Shown: positions 40,434 through 49,322, numbered from the stretch's first letter. The stretch is DNA of 49,637 nt from an uncultured Sulfurimonas sp. (GCA_964528435.1 CAZGSK010000001.1:1-49637), one strand, 5' to 3'. Numbers and translations: made by a program. The notes: generated from the letters alone by a model not told the origin.

Positions 40434-41327
40434 ATGAATATAAATGATATAAGAAAAGAGCGCCAAAAATGGATGACTTGGAAAAACATAGCGCCTTTGC
40501 GTGAGGCCTTAAAAAATTTAGAAGATAGAGCCTGTGAACTCTCTTTTGGAGATGTTATCAAAATTAGTGCTGATTTAGATGAAAAAAAAGTTTATAACAC
40601 GGCAAAACTACTGATGCCATGGAGAAAAGGTCCATTTGAGATAGGCAGTACCTATATAGACAGCGAATGGAAAAGCAATATAAAATATAATCTGCTCCGT
40701 CCGCATTTTAATTTAAAAAACAAGCGTGTTGCCGATATAGGGTGCAACAATGGTTACTATATGTTTCGTATGTTGGAAGATGAACCAGAGCTTTTAGTCG
40801 GTTTTGATCCCTCTCCGCTCTACAAAACACAGTTTGATTTTATTAACCATTTTATAAAGAGTGATATAGTGTATGAGCTCTTGGGTGTGGAGCATTTGGA
40901 ATTTTATGAAGAGAAGTTCGATACAATTTTTTGTTTAGGGGTGCTTTATCATAGAAGCGATCCTGTTGCGATGTTAAAGTCACTCTATAAAGGGCTAGAT
41001 AAAAAAGGTGAAGTGATTTTAGATACCTTTTATATTGATGGCGAGGAAGAGATGGCGCTATGTCCGGAGTCAAGCTATTCTAAAATTCCAAATATCTATT
41101 TTGTTCCGACAATAAAAGCATTGAAAAATTGGTGTATGCGTGCTGGTTTTGTTGGTTTTGAAGTTTTGCAAACATCAAAAACGGATGCAGACGAACAGAG
41201 AAAGACAGAGTGGATAGAGGGGCAGTCTTTAGAGGACTTTTTAGATCCACAAGATAGTTCTAAGACAGTTGAGGGGTACCCGGCACCACAAAGAGTCTAT
41301 GTAAGATTAATGAAGGATAAAAAATAA
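40434..41327 (+). CDS. cmoB: tRNA U34 carboxymethyltransferase
   Basis: [27 protein letters not shown] and TVEGYPAP motifs. Confidence 0.95.
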   Translation: MNINDIRKERQKWMTWKNIAPLREALKNLEDRACELSFGDVIKISADLDEKKVYNTAKLLMPWRKGPFEIGSTYIDSEWKSNIKYNLLRPHFNLKNKRVADIGCNNGYYMFRMLEDEPELLVGFDPSPLYKTQFDFINHFIKSDIVYELLGVEHLEFYEEKFDTIFCLGVLYHRSDPVAMLKSLYKGLDKKGEVILDTFYIDGEEEMALCPESSYSKIPNIYFVPTIKALKNWCMRAGFVGFEVLQTSKTDADEQRKTEWIEGQSLEDFLDPQDSSKTVEGYPAPQRVYVRLMKDKK

Positions 41328-41830
41328 TGGCAGAGAATGATGTTAATGAAGAAGAGTTAAACCTCGAAGATTATAGAGATGACGAGCAGGTCATGATACA
41401 GACGCATGAGCGAATTAATCAAGGTTTATGTGGAGAAGTTATTAAGCTTGAACAGGGTTATGTTGAGTTACGCTTAACAACTTTGCCTGAGATGGTTGCA
41501 GATGATATAGGGCTTATTCATGGTGGATTTATCTTTTCTGCTGCTGATTATGCAGCGATGTTGGCTGTAAATGAACGTAATGTTGTTCTTGTAGCTTCTA
41601 ATTGTCAATTTTTATCACCTGTAAAATTTCATGATGAAGTTGATTTTGTGGCACGTGTGCGCCACAAAGAAGGACGAAAAAGAAATGTACATGTAGAAGC
41701 TTTTGTTCTTGATATTAAAGTCTTTGAGGGTGAATTTAAGACTGTTATTACTGATAGACATGTTTTAAAACTCAAACTGCTTGATGAAGAAGAGAATGCA
41801 AGTGGCACACCAACAGAAGAGGAGTCTTAA
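41327..41830 (+). CDS. PaaI/hotdog-fold thioesterase
   Basis: GLIHGGFIFSAADYAAM and FLSPV motifs. Confidence 0.88.
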   Translation: MAENDVNEEELNLEDYRDDEQVMIQTHERINQGLCGEVIKLEQGYVELRLTTLPEMVADDIGLIHGGFIFSAADYAAMLAVNERNVVLVASNCQFLSPVKFHDEVDFVARVRHKEGRKRNVHVEAFVLDIKVFEGEFKTVITDRHVLKLKLLDEEENASGTPTEEES

Positions 41831-41831
41831 A

Positions 41832-41855
41832 GGAGCTATTTGAATAAATAGCTCC
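41832..41855. terminator. Hairpin between convergent PaaI and MBL genes (probable terminator)
   Basis: GGAGCTATTT-GAAT-AAATAGCTCC, perfect 10-bp stem. Confidence 0.7.
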
Positions 41856-41890
41856 CTTCTCTTACTCTTTGGTCGTTAAATCAAAGATTT

Positions 41891-42484
41891 TTATAGTTGT
41901 CTTATCCAGTATGGAGCATATTGTTGCTCTTGTTTTATGGTTGTTGTTCCACCGTGACCGGGGTAGATGGTTTTATCAAAATCGAGCTTTTGAAACTTCT
42001 CTAAAGATTTTTTCATATCCTCTGGATTGGAGTAGGGAAAATCTGTCCGTCCAATACTTTTTTCAAAAATAAAATCTCCACTAAACATTGCATCATCTAT
42101 TTCAATAGTAGAACTTCCCGGAGTATGTCCCGGAAAATGGCGGAATTTTACTTTGATACCTTCAATATTTAACTCCGCATCATCTTCAACAAGAACATCC
42201 GGAGTAGAGGGTGGCAGGTCAGGCATCCAACTGCTCTCACGCAAGAACATATCATCAGCTTTTGGTGTATAGAGTTTTACTCCAAGTTCACGCTGTAATT
42301 GGGCATTGCTCCAGACATGATCAAAGTGACCGTGTGTATTTAAAATAGCTACAGGATTACTGACATTTGCTTTTACCCATGCAGTAGCATCTACGCCCGG
42401 GTCAATGATAATATCTTTGCCATCTTTTGTGACAATGTAGCAGTTTGTCTGATAGACTCCCATCGGTTGGAATTTTATTGTCAT
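41891..42484 (-). CDS. MBL-fold metallo-hydrolase (GloC/YcbL-like)
   Basis: TNCY, IDPG, THGHFDH, PGHTPG, SIGRTD and PGHG motifs; start at ATG 42484 (MTIKFQPMG). Confidence 0.92.
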   Translation of the reverse strand: MTIKFQPMGVYQTNCYIVTKDGKDIIIDPGVDATAWVKANVSNPVAILNTHGHFDHVWSNAQLQRELGVKLYTPKADDMFLRESSWMPDLPPSTPDVLVEDDAELNIEGIKVKFRHFPGHTPGSSTIEIDDAMFSGDFIFEKSIGRTDFPYSNPEDMKKSLEKFQKLDFDKTIYPGHGGTTTIKQEQQYAPYWIRQL

Positions 42485-42485
42485 A

Positions 42486-42748
42486 AGTACCTCTCCATAA
42501 ATAAACTCAACTTCAGCGAAAAGCAAATAGTTCTAATGCCAGGCAGATTTCTGCAGGACTAACTAGTTAATCCAAAGGAATCTAACGACGCAATAGGGCT
42601 ATTTGCTTTTCGCCCGAAGGGAAGTTTAAAAAGAAGGCTACTGTTTCGTTGAAAATCCTTCAAGCTACTAGTAGCTCATGCGGAATTTCGCCTTACATTA
42701 GCCCTCTTTTTAAGCTTCTGAAATTGGGTTTATTTATGGAAAGGTACT
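42486..42748. mobile_element. MITE, 263 bp, 31-bp TIRs, TA duplication, nested internal module
   Basis: Left AGTACCTCTCCATAAATAAACTCAACTTCAG (42486-42516) vs reverse complement of 42718-42748, 28/31 identical; TA at 42484-85 and 42749-50; no coding capacity for a transposase. Confidence 0.85.
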
Positions 42749-42770
42749 TATTCATCTCTTTTTTAGACGA

Positions 42771-42779
42771 ATTATAGCA
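42771..42779 (-). promoter_or_regulatory. Extended -10 promoter of the MBL gene, upstream of the MITE
   Basis: TGCTATAAT on the minus strand. Confidence 0.7.
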
Positions 42780-42789
42780 TTATTAGCGT

Positions 42790-43605
42790 ATGAATTTTTA
42801 TAAAGAACTAGAGTTAATTTTACAAGCAAAAGAACCACAAGAGAAGTTTAGACTTTTTGAAGATTTCTATGAGAAATTTCAAGCAGGGGAGTGTTACTTT
42901 GAAAAGGATTTTACTCCAAAAAAGTTTGATACGCCATCTTATGCACAGATATGCACAACAGTTCCACCCCAGAAAGTGCCAAAACGCTCAAACTTGACAA
43001 GTAAAGAGGGGCAGATTAATCTGCTCCATGCTGTAGTACACATAGAATACTCAGCAATTGATTTAGCACTTGATGCAGCATATAGATTTCAAAATTTACC
43101 GCGTGAGTATTATGTAGATTGGCTTGAAGTTGCAGCAGATGAGATACGTCATTTTACAATGCTTGAATCTTTGCTGCGTGAGCTTGGAAGTTGTTATGGT
43201 GCTGTTACTGTTCATGATGCACTCTTTGAGGCAAGCCAAAAGACACAGACACTTTTAGAACGTATGGCGGTAGTACCTCGGTATTTAGAGGCAAATGGTT
43301 TAGATGCTACGCCTATGATACTAAAAAAGCTTAAAAAACTTCCAAAAAATGCAATGATAGAAAAAATTATGCAAAATTTGGAAATTATTTTAGAAGAAGA
43401 GGTCGATCATGTCAAAAAGGGAGATGTCTGGTTTAAGTATGCCTGTGAGAGAGAAAATGTAGATGAAAATATCTATTTTGAGATTATTGCGAAGTATTAT
43501 CCAAGAGGATTTTTACGTCCAAATGACTTAAATATTGAAGCACGCAAAGAAGCAGGGTTCTCCTGCTCAGAATTAAAAGTAATGGCAAAAAGAGAGATCT
43601 GCTGA
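42790..43605 (+). CDS. Ferritin-like DUF455 protein
   Basis: LLHAVVHIEYSAIDLALD, DEIRHF, LEANGLD and EEVDHV..G..WF motifs. Confidence 0.9.
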   Translation: MNFYKELELILQAKEPQEKFRLFEDFYEKFQAGECYFEKDFTPKKFDTPSYAQICTTVPPQKVPKRSNLTSKEGQINLLHAVVHIEYSAIDLALDAAYRFQNLPREYYVDWLEVAADEIRHFTMLESLLRELGSCYGAVTVHDALFEASQKTQTLLERMAVVPRYLEANGLDATPMILKKLKKLPKNAMIEKIMQNLEIILEEEVDHVKKGDVWFKYACERENVDENIYFEIIAKYYPRGFLRPNDLNIEARKEAGFSCSELKVMAKREIC

Positions 43606-43617
43606 GAGCTCTCTTTC

Positions 43618-44307
43618 TTATCGTCTGTCGAGGTAAAGTCCTACTGCTTGAAGTTGTTTGCCATTTAGCTTATTACAAAGTTTGCTTTTTATAATAAATG
43701 CTTTGGCTGCTGCAACAGAAGGGAATATTTCATCTGTTTTTTTACACATTTTTTTGTATATGATTGCACCTTTTTGTGCCATCATTTTTTGTTTTTTTGC
43801 AATCATACGTGCATCATTGGCAAAATCTTTTTTCGCTACATTGTATGCCGCATTGAAATCCATTACAGTTCCACCATTTTGTTGAGCAAATTTTGCAGCA
43901 TCATTGAGATTTTTAAAGGCATATTTACTTACCATACTCATCGTTCCTTTTTTCTTAGAACCTACTACATAGTATGCTTTTGTAGCATCAATAAATTTTA
44001 GTGAAGTGACATCTACTACTTTAATATCTTTAATATCAGCGTGATTGAGCTCTACATCTTCTACAAGACAGTGAAGAGAACAGTACTGTTTCTCTTTACC
44101 ATTGACATTTGCTGCATGGTTTGTTTTATAAAACATTGGTAAGTTCATACCACATACTTGACAGAATTGTTTCTCTTGACCTTTTTGCACGAGTGTTGCT
44201 TTGCTTGGAGCGACAGACTGAAAAAGCTGCATAAGTTTGTCTGCATTGAGAACGACAAGCGAACTGGCAATAACCAGCCCTGCTAAAAGTATTTTGATTG
44301 CTTTCAT
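43618..44307 (-). CDS. NosL-family periplasmic (copper-binding) protein
   Basis: Signal peptide; CQVCGM, YCSLHC, A.KAYYVVGS..GTM and F...NGG motifs. Confidence 0.82.
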   Translation of the reverse strand: MKAIKILLAGLVIASSLVVLNADKLMQLFQSVAPSKATLVQKGQEKQFCQVCGMNLPMFYKTNHAANVNGKEKQYCSLHCLVEDVELNHADIKDIKVVDVTSLKFIDATKAYYVVGSKKKGTMSMVSKYAFKNLNDAAKFAQQNGGTVMDFNAAYNVAKKDFANDARMIAKKQKMMAQKGAIIYKKMCKKTDEIFPSVAAAKAFIIKSKLCNKLNGKQLQAVGLYLDRR

Positions 44308-44333
44308 TATGATCCTTTAAAATAAGTGTCTGT

Positions 44334-44368
44334 ATTTTAGTAGATAATTGTTACATTATTGTTAAGAA
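44334..44368 (-). promoter_or_regulatory. nosL-like promoter: shared regulator box + -10
   Basis: Minus strand TTCTTAAC-AATA-ATGTAACA (44368-44349), 9 nt, then TAAAAT (44339-44334). Confidence 0.6.
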
Positions 44369-44380
44369 GCGTTTTAAAAA

Positions 44381-46342
44381 CTACTTTTCTTTCATAAAAG
44401 AGCTTATATCACTGTAATGATTACGAATCTTTATAAATTCATCAAGATGTTCAAAGAAGATATCTACAAGTTTTGGATCAAAATGTTTACCACGTTCTTC
44501 TTTTATAAGTTTGAAAATTTTCTCATCATCCCAAGCCTTTTTATAGCATCTATCAGAATCAAGTGCATCAAAAACATCTGCAAGTGCAGTGATGCGTCCG
44601 TAAATATGGATTTTTTCACCTCGCAACCCTCGTGGGTATCCACTTCCGTCATATTTTTCATGATGTTCATAAGCAATAATTGCTGCCGTTTTTAGAAGGG
44701 GCTTGTCTGAATCTCTAAAGAGTTCATAGCCGATACTTGAATGTGTTTTCATGGTACGCCACTCTTCTTGTGTGAGTTTTTCGGGTTTGTTTAAAATAGA
44801 ATCGGCAATACCGACTTTACCGATATCGTGCATAGGTGAGGCCGTTTTTAAGTATTTGATCTCTTGGGTTGAAAGTCCATAATAGTGGGCAAGTAGTTCA
44901 GAGTACTTAGCCACTCTTTTTACATGAAAACCTGTCTCCTGAGAGCGGGTTTCACCAATTTCACCCATACGATAAACAAGCTCTTCTTGTGTGTGTTCCA
45001 AATCTTCATGCAGTTGAACAACTTCGGTAATATCATTACGAATGGCAATAAATTCTTCAATCTCTCCTTTATGATTAAGGATAGGGTTGATGGTTGCTTC
45101 AACGATGTAATAACCTCCGTCTTTCTTTTTGTTTTTTACTATGCCAAACCATGGTTTTTTAGCAAGTATTGTGTCCCACATATCTTTAAACGCAGATTTT
45201 GGCATATCTAGATGTCTAACTATATTATGTGGTTTTTCTAACAGTTCTTCTCGTGAATATCCTGAGATAGCGCAAAATTGATCATTTGCATAGGTAATTT
45301 TTCCTTTGACATCTGTTTTTGAGACGATACTGCTTCTGTCAACAACATTTCTATACTGTTCTAAAAGGCTAATATTTCTAATGATGGCATTTTTTAGTTT
45401 AAAGCTCAGCCCTATTGTAAAAAGAATGATAAAAAAGAAAAAGAGAGTATCTATTACAAGCTCTAGGGATGCAGTGTGTGATTTTTTATCTATATATGTA
45501 TCTATAGTAGTAAGATAATCCTGCTCTAAGCTATAGAGTTCATTTATAGCTTGTGTGCTGTGTTTAAACCATGATTGAGGTGATTCTGAAATATCTGTAA
45601 CTGTGTATGCTACATATTTTTTTATAATTTTTTGGACAGAGGTATAATTTTTATCTATAACAATAGTATTTAATTTTTTACGAAAATTAGCAGTAGCAAT
45701 GGCTTGAAATCTGTGTTTTGATATATCATAGACACCCTTTGCGTGAATCGTTCTGTAAATAAGAGCAGTATCAGCTCTTTTTTTGGTCAATATGCCATTA
45801 ATTGTAGCTCTAATCTGTCCAAGTGCTTCTTTCATAAAAGTGAGATTTGTGTAGGATTGGAGTTTTGTGTTGAGGTATATATCATCAATCTGTGTTGTGG
45901 TTTGAAGATAATTTGCCTGAATATTTTGAATTAATTTTGTGTAGTAGTCAAAGGATGCTTCGGTGGAGATTTTATTTTTATCAAGTTGTGTTCTAAAAAA
46001 AGATAATTTATCTTTTATATTTGTATATTTATTCTGATGAGAATGACACAGAGATAGAAATTTTGTAAAAGAGTTATCTGTATCCATACGTTTTAATGAA
46101 AGTTGCTTCTTGAATTTTTCTCCGTGACTACCAATAAACCCACTACTAAGACCTCTCTCCTGTTGTAAGTCATTGATGAGCTGAGATATTTGTTTAATCT
46201 TTGTTATGTTTGACTTAAGGGTATGAAGATCACTACGTGTGTGGTAAGTGTTAGCTATAAAAAAAAGAAATCCAACCGTAATAATGATAATAGGAATAAA
46301 AGTTAAATAACGTAATCTTTGTATAAGCGTATTTTGTTTTAT
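44381..46342 (-). CDS. TM-NIT-TM-PAS-HD-GYP cyclic-dinucleotide phosphodiesterase; probable ATA start
   Basis: HDIGK, HHEKYDGSGYPRGL, PAS (VSKTD..G.ITYAND.F..ISGYS). The frame is open 85 codons above ATG 46087 and encodes a TM and the NIT signature LINDLQQERGLSSGFIGS. Confidence 0.85.
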   Translation of the reverse strand: MKQNTLIQRLRYLTFIPIIIITVGFLFFIANTYHTRSDLHTLKSNITKIKQISQLINDLQQERGLSSGFIGSHGEKFKKQLSLKRMDTDNSFTKFLSLCHSHQNKYTNIKDKLSFFRTQLDKNKISTEASFDYYTKLIQNIQANYLQTTTQIDDIYLNTKLQSYTNLTFMKEALGQIRATINGILTKKRADTALIYRTIHAKGVYDISKHRFQAIATANFRKKLNTIVIDKNYTSVQKIIKKYVAYTVTDISESPQSWFKHSTQAINELYSLEQDYLTTIDTYIDKKSHTASLELVIDTLFFFFIILFTIGLSFKLKNAIIRNISLLEQYRNVVDRSSIVSKTDVKGKITYANDQFCAISGYSREELLEKPHNIVRHLDMPKSAFKDMWDTILAKKPWFGIVKNKKKDGGYYIVEATINPILNHKGEIEEFIAIRNDITEVVQLHEDLEHTQEELVYRMGEIGETRSQETGFHVKRVAKYSELLAHYYGLSTQEIKYLKTASPMHDIGKVGIADSILNKPEKLTQEEWRTMKTHSSIGYELFRDSDKPLLKTAAIIAYEHHEKYDGSGYPRGLRGEKIHIYGRITALADVFDALDSDRCYKKAWDDEKIFKLIKEERGKHFDPKLVDIFFEHLDEFIKIRNHYSDISSFMKEK

Positions 46343-46381
46343 GACTCATCCTTTATGTAACTATAAATCAAAAAGTTTGAA

Positions 46382-46416
46382 ATATTACTGAATGAGTGTT
46401 ACATAAACGTTAAGAA
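46382..46416 (-). promoter_or_regulatory. HD-GYP promoter: shared regulator box + -10
   Basis: Minus strand TTCTTAAC-GTTT-ATGTAACA (46416-46397), 9 nt, then TAATAT (46387-46382). Confidence 0.6.
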
Positions 46417-46475
46417 AATTATTTTGTTACAAAACTTCGATATAATTTAGATTGTTAATAATTTTTAAAGGTTTA

Positions 46476-47291
46476 ATGTATCGCATGGGAAAATATTCGC
46501 AAATAAGTGACTATCTTGTACGTTTTTTAGAAAATGAAGTGAAAAAAACAGGATTGCAAAGAGTTGTAGTTGGTTTAAGTGGTGGGCTGGACTCTGCTGT
46601 TGTTGCTGTTTTGGCACAAAAAGCTTTTGGAGATGATTTGCTGTGTGTAAAAATGCCCTCACAATACTCTTCACAAAGCTCTTTGGATGATGCAGATGCT
46701 TTGTGTAGTGATTTTGGTTTGCGAAATATTACATGCCCAATTACACCAATGTTAGAAGCCTATGAAGCAATGCATCCAGAGTTGGATAATCTTAGAAAAG
46801 GAAACTTTTCAGCACGTATGCGAATGGCAACACTCTTTGATATTTCAGCTCGTGAAAATGCACTTGTACTGGGAACAAGCAACAAAAGTGAATTGATGCT
46901 TGGATATGGAACCCTTTATGGTGATTTGGCATCGGCGATCAACCCCATAGGAGATCTCTATAAGAGTGAAGTCTTTGAACTTGCAACATATCTTGACGTA
47001 ACAGAAGCCATTATTAAAAAGCCACCTTCTGCAGATTTGTGGGATGGTCAGAGTGATGAAGCAGATCTTGGTTATACCTATGCTCAACTTGATGAGGCAA
47101 TGAAGTTCTATGTAGATGAACGTCTCTTGCGTGAGGAAGTTATCGCAAAGGGAGTAGATGAAAAGATGCTCAATATGATAATCAGCCGTATTTTTCGGAA
47201 TCAATTTAAGAGAAAAATGCCGGTTATTGCAAAACTGACATCAAGAACACTGGGACATGATTTTAATTATCCACGGGATATAACCCTATAA
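46476..47291 (+). CDS. nadE: NH3-dependent NAD+ synthetase
   Basis: GLSGGLDS, GN..AR.RM, GTSNKSE..LGYGT.YGD and KPPSADL motifs; start 46476 or 46485, TATAAT at 46441. Confidence 0.95.
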   Translation: MYRMGKYSQISDYLVRFLENEVKKTGLQRVVVGLSGGLDSAVVAVLAQKAFGDDLLCVKMPSQYSSQSSLDDADALCSDFGLRNITCPITPMLEAYEAMHPELDNLRKGNFSARMRMATLFDISARENALVLGTSNKSELMLGYGTLYGDLASAINPIGDLYKSEVFELATYLDVTEAIIKKPPSADLWDGQSDEADLGYTYAQLDEAMKFYVDERLLREEVIAKGVDEKMLNMIISRIFRNQFKRKMPVIAKLTSRTLGHDFNYPRDITL

Positions 47292-47306
47292 AAAAGGAAA
47301 AAAAGT

Positions 47307-48440
47307 ATGAAAAAAATGATAAAAATACCCTTTAGCAGATACGAAAGCTCACGTGAGGCACACTCAAATGTAAGTGATGTACTTGATGGGGAAGATGTTA
47401 AGCAGGTAGAAGAACTTGAAACTGAGTTTGCTGCATACGTAGGTGCTTCGTATGCTTTGGCAACATCTCACGGAACAGCAGCACTGCATTTGGCAATGCT
47501 TGCACTTGATTTAAAACGTGGTGATAAAGTTGTCTGTTGCGTGAATGCACACCCGAGTATTCCTGAAGTGGTACGTCACTTCGATGCAGAGCCTGTATTT
47601 ATAGATATTGAAGAAGATACATATAATATGAACCTTGATAAACTGGAAGCTTATCTTGATGCAAACAGCTCAAAAAAATTAAAAGCTGTCATTATCACAC
47701 ATCTTGGTGGTGTGACTGTAGATCTAGAACGCCTCTATGCAATGGGAAGAAGCTATGGTGTGAAAATCGTAGAAGATGCCAGTGATGCACTGGGTGCTAC
47801 CTATAAAGGTAAGAAGATTGGTGCAACAGGAGCAGATATTGTCTGTTTTAACTTCTCTCCACATCTGAAGAAAAATATCTGTAATGGTGGTATGCTCGTA
47901 ACTGATGATGATGAGATTATTGAGCGTGCAAGATTGCTTGCAAATCATGCAATAGTGCGTGATGAAAATGCTTTGGAGTATATTTATGATGTTGTAGATA
48001 TTGGGAATGATTACTCTTTAAGTCAATTAAATGCTGCATATATTCGTTCACAGGTTAAAGAACAAGATGAAAATATCAAACGTCAAAAAGAGATTGCAAC
48101 AGTCTATTTTCAAGGGCTTGAGGGAGTTGAACATGTAACAACTCCAACGATGGACAATGAAGAGAATCCATTCTCACTTTACATCATTAAGATCGATAAA
48201 AATCGTGACTCTTTTGCCGTGGCATTGCGTGAGGAGGGGATTGGTACGGGACTACATTACATTCCACTGCACCTTTTGACATACTACAAATCAAAATACT
48301 CTCTTCGCGTGAATGATTTTCCAGTGGCACTTCGTACGTATCAGCAAGTGCTTTCACTTCCAATATATGCAAATATGAGTGATGATGAAGTCCAAAGTGT
48401 CATTAAAACTGTGAAAAAAATCGCAAAGACAAGAGTATAG
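47307..48440 (+). CDS. DegT/DnrJ/EryC1/StrS aminotransferase-family protein (divergent active site)
   Basis: SHGTAALHLA, PVFIDI, IVEDA, GGMLVT, HYIPLH and LSLPIY motifs. Confidence 0.85.
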   Translation: MKKMIKIPFSRYESSREAHSNVSDVLDGEDVKQVEELETEFAAYVGASYALATSHGTAALHLAMLALDLKRGDKVVCCVNAHPSIPEVVRHFDAEPVFIDIEEDTYNMNLDKLEAYLDANSSKKLKAVIITHLGGVTVDLERLYAMGRSYGVKIVEDASDALGATYKGKKIGATGADIVCFNFSPHLKKNICNGGMLVTDDDEIIERARLLANHAIVRDENALEYIYDVVDIGNDYSLSQLNAAYIRSQVKEQDENIKRQKEIATVYFQGLEGVEHVTTPTMDNEENPFSLYIIKIDKNRDSFAVALREEGIGTGLHYIPLHLLTYYKSKYSLRVNDFPVALRTYQQVLSLPIYANMSDDEVQSVIKTVKKIAKTRV

Positions 48441-48446
48441 TCTCTT

Positions 48447-49322
48447 TTGAAAAAGGCAGTCGTTTTTTGGGTTGAGAATTATTTCTATAACCCAACACTG
48501 CTGCAAAAATTTCTCTCATATCTTCTTCTACCACTCTCTTGGCTCTACTGTTTCATAATGTACACACGCTTTAAACTTAAAACTCCGGAAGATTTTGGCA
48601 TAAAAATAGTCAGTGTCGGTAACTTAACAGTTGGCGGAAGTGGAAAAACTCCTCTTGTTACTGCTTTTGCACAAAAAGAGAAAAATCCTGCCATTATTTT
48701 ACGTGGTTATGGACGAGACTCAAAAGGGATGATAGTTGTCAAAGATAAAGATACTATTTTGTGTGATGTCAAAGTCAGTGGTGATGAGGCGATGATATAT
48801 GCAAAAAAACTCCCTCACGCAACGGTCATTGTGAGTGAAGATAGAAAGCCGGCTATACGAAAAGCAAAAGAGCTAGGGTGTGATATTGTTTTTCTTGATG
48901 ATGCCTACTCCAAACATGATATTCAAAAAGAAGACATTATTATCGATGTTGCAACTAAAAACAGTTTTTGTCTGCCAAGTGGACCTTACCGCGAGCGTTT
49001 GTGGAGTGCTAAAGATGCAAGAGTGCTGCGTGAGGATGTTGATTTTGTACGTGAGGTCACATTGGTGGATGCAACACAAAGAATGTCTTTGGTAACTGCC
49101 ATTGCAAGACCGCAACGACTTGATAAATATCTTCCAAACAATGTTATTGCAAAACACTATTTTGAAGACCACCATATCTATAGTAAAGAGGAGTTAGAGA
49201 AGATATTGCTTGAAGACAATGCAACTTCACTGCTTGTTACTTTTAAAGATTATGTCAAGATAGAATCTTTTGGAATCCCTCTCTCTTTGCTCGATTTAGA
49301 AGTAAAAGTGATTTCTTTATAA
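48447..49322 (+). CDS. lpxK: Tetraacyldisaccharide 4'-kinase
   Basis: SVGNLTVGGSGKTP, RGYG, GDEA, LDD, LPSGPYRE and T.KD.VK motifs. Confidence 0.93.
   Translation: MKKAVVFWVENYFYNPTLLQKFLSYLLLPLSWLYCFIMYTRFKLKTPEDFGIKIVSVGNLTVGGSGKTPLVTAFAQKEKNPAIILRGYGRDSKGMIVVKDKDTILCDVKVSGDEAMIYAKKLPHATVIVSEDRKPAIRKAKELGCDIVFLDDAYSKHDIQKEDIIIDVATKNSFCLPSGPYRERLWSAKDARVLREDVDFVREVTLVDATQRMSLVTAIARPQRLDKYLPNNVIAKHYFEDHHIYSKEELEKILLEDNATSLLVTFKDYVKIESFGIPLSLLDLEVKVISL

Noticed and set aside
42485-42526. N-terminal extension MLFAEVEFIYGEVL of the MBL ORF
   Set aside because: It is read through the MITE terminal repeat; the family-like N-terminus begins at 42484.
42486-42748. CRISPR array, riboswitch or integron attC interpretation of the palindromic region
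   Set aside because: There is no repeat-spacer periodicity, no recognisable aptamer and no integrase or cassette context; TIRs plus TA duplication fit a MITE better.
46259-46266. A8 tract as a phase-variable frameshift in the HD-GYP gene
   Set aside because: The TM-encoding frame is continuous across the tract, and A8 runs are common in this AT-rich DNA.
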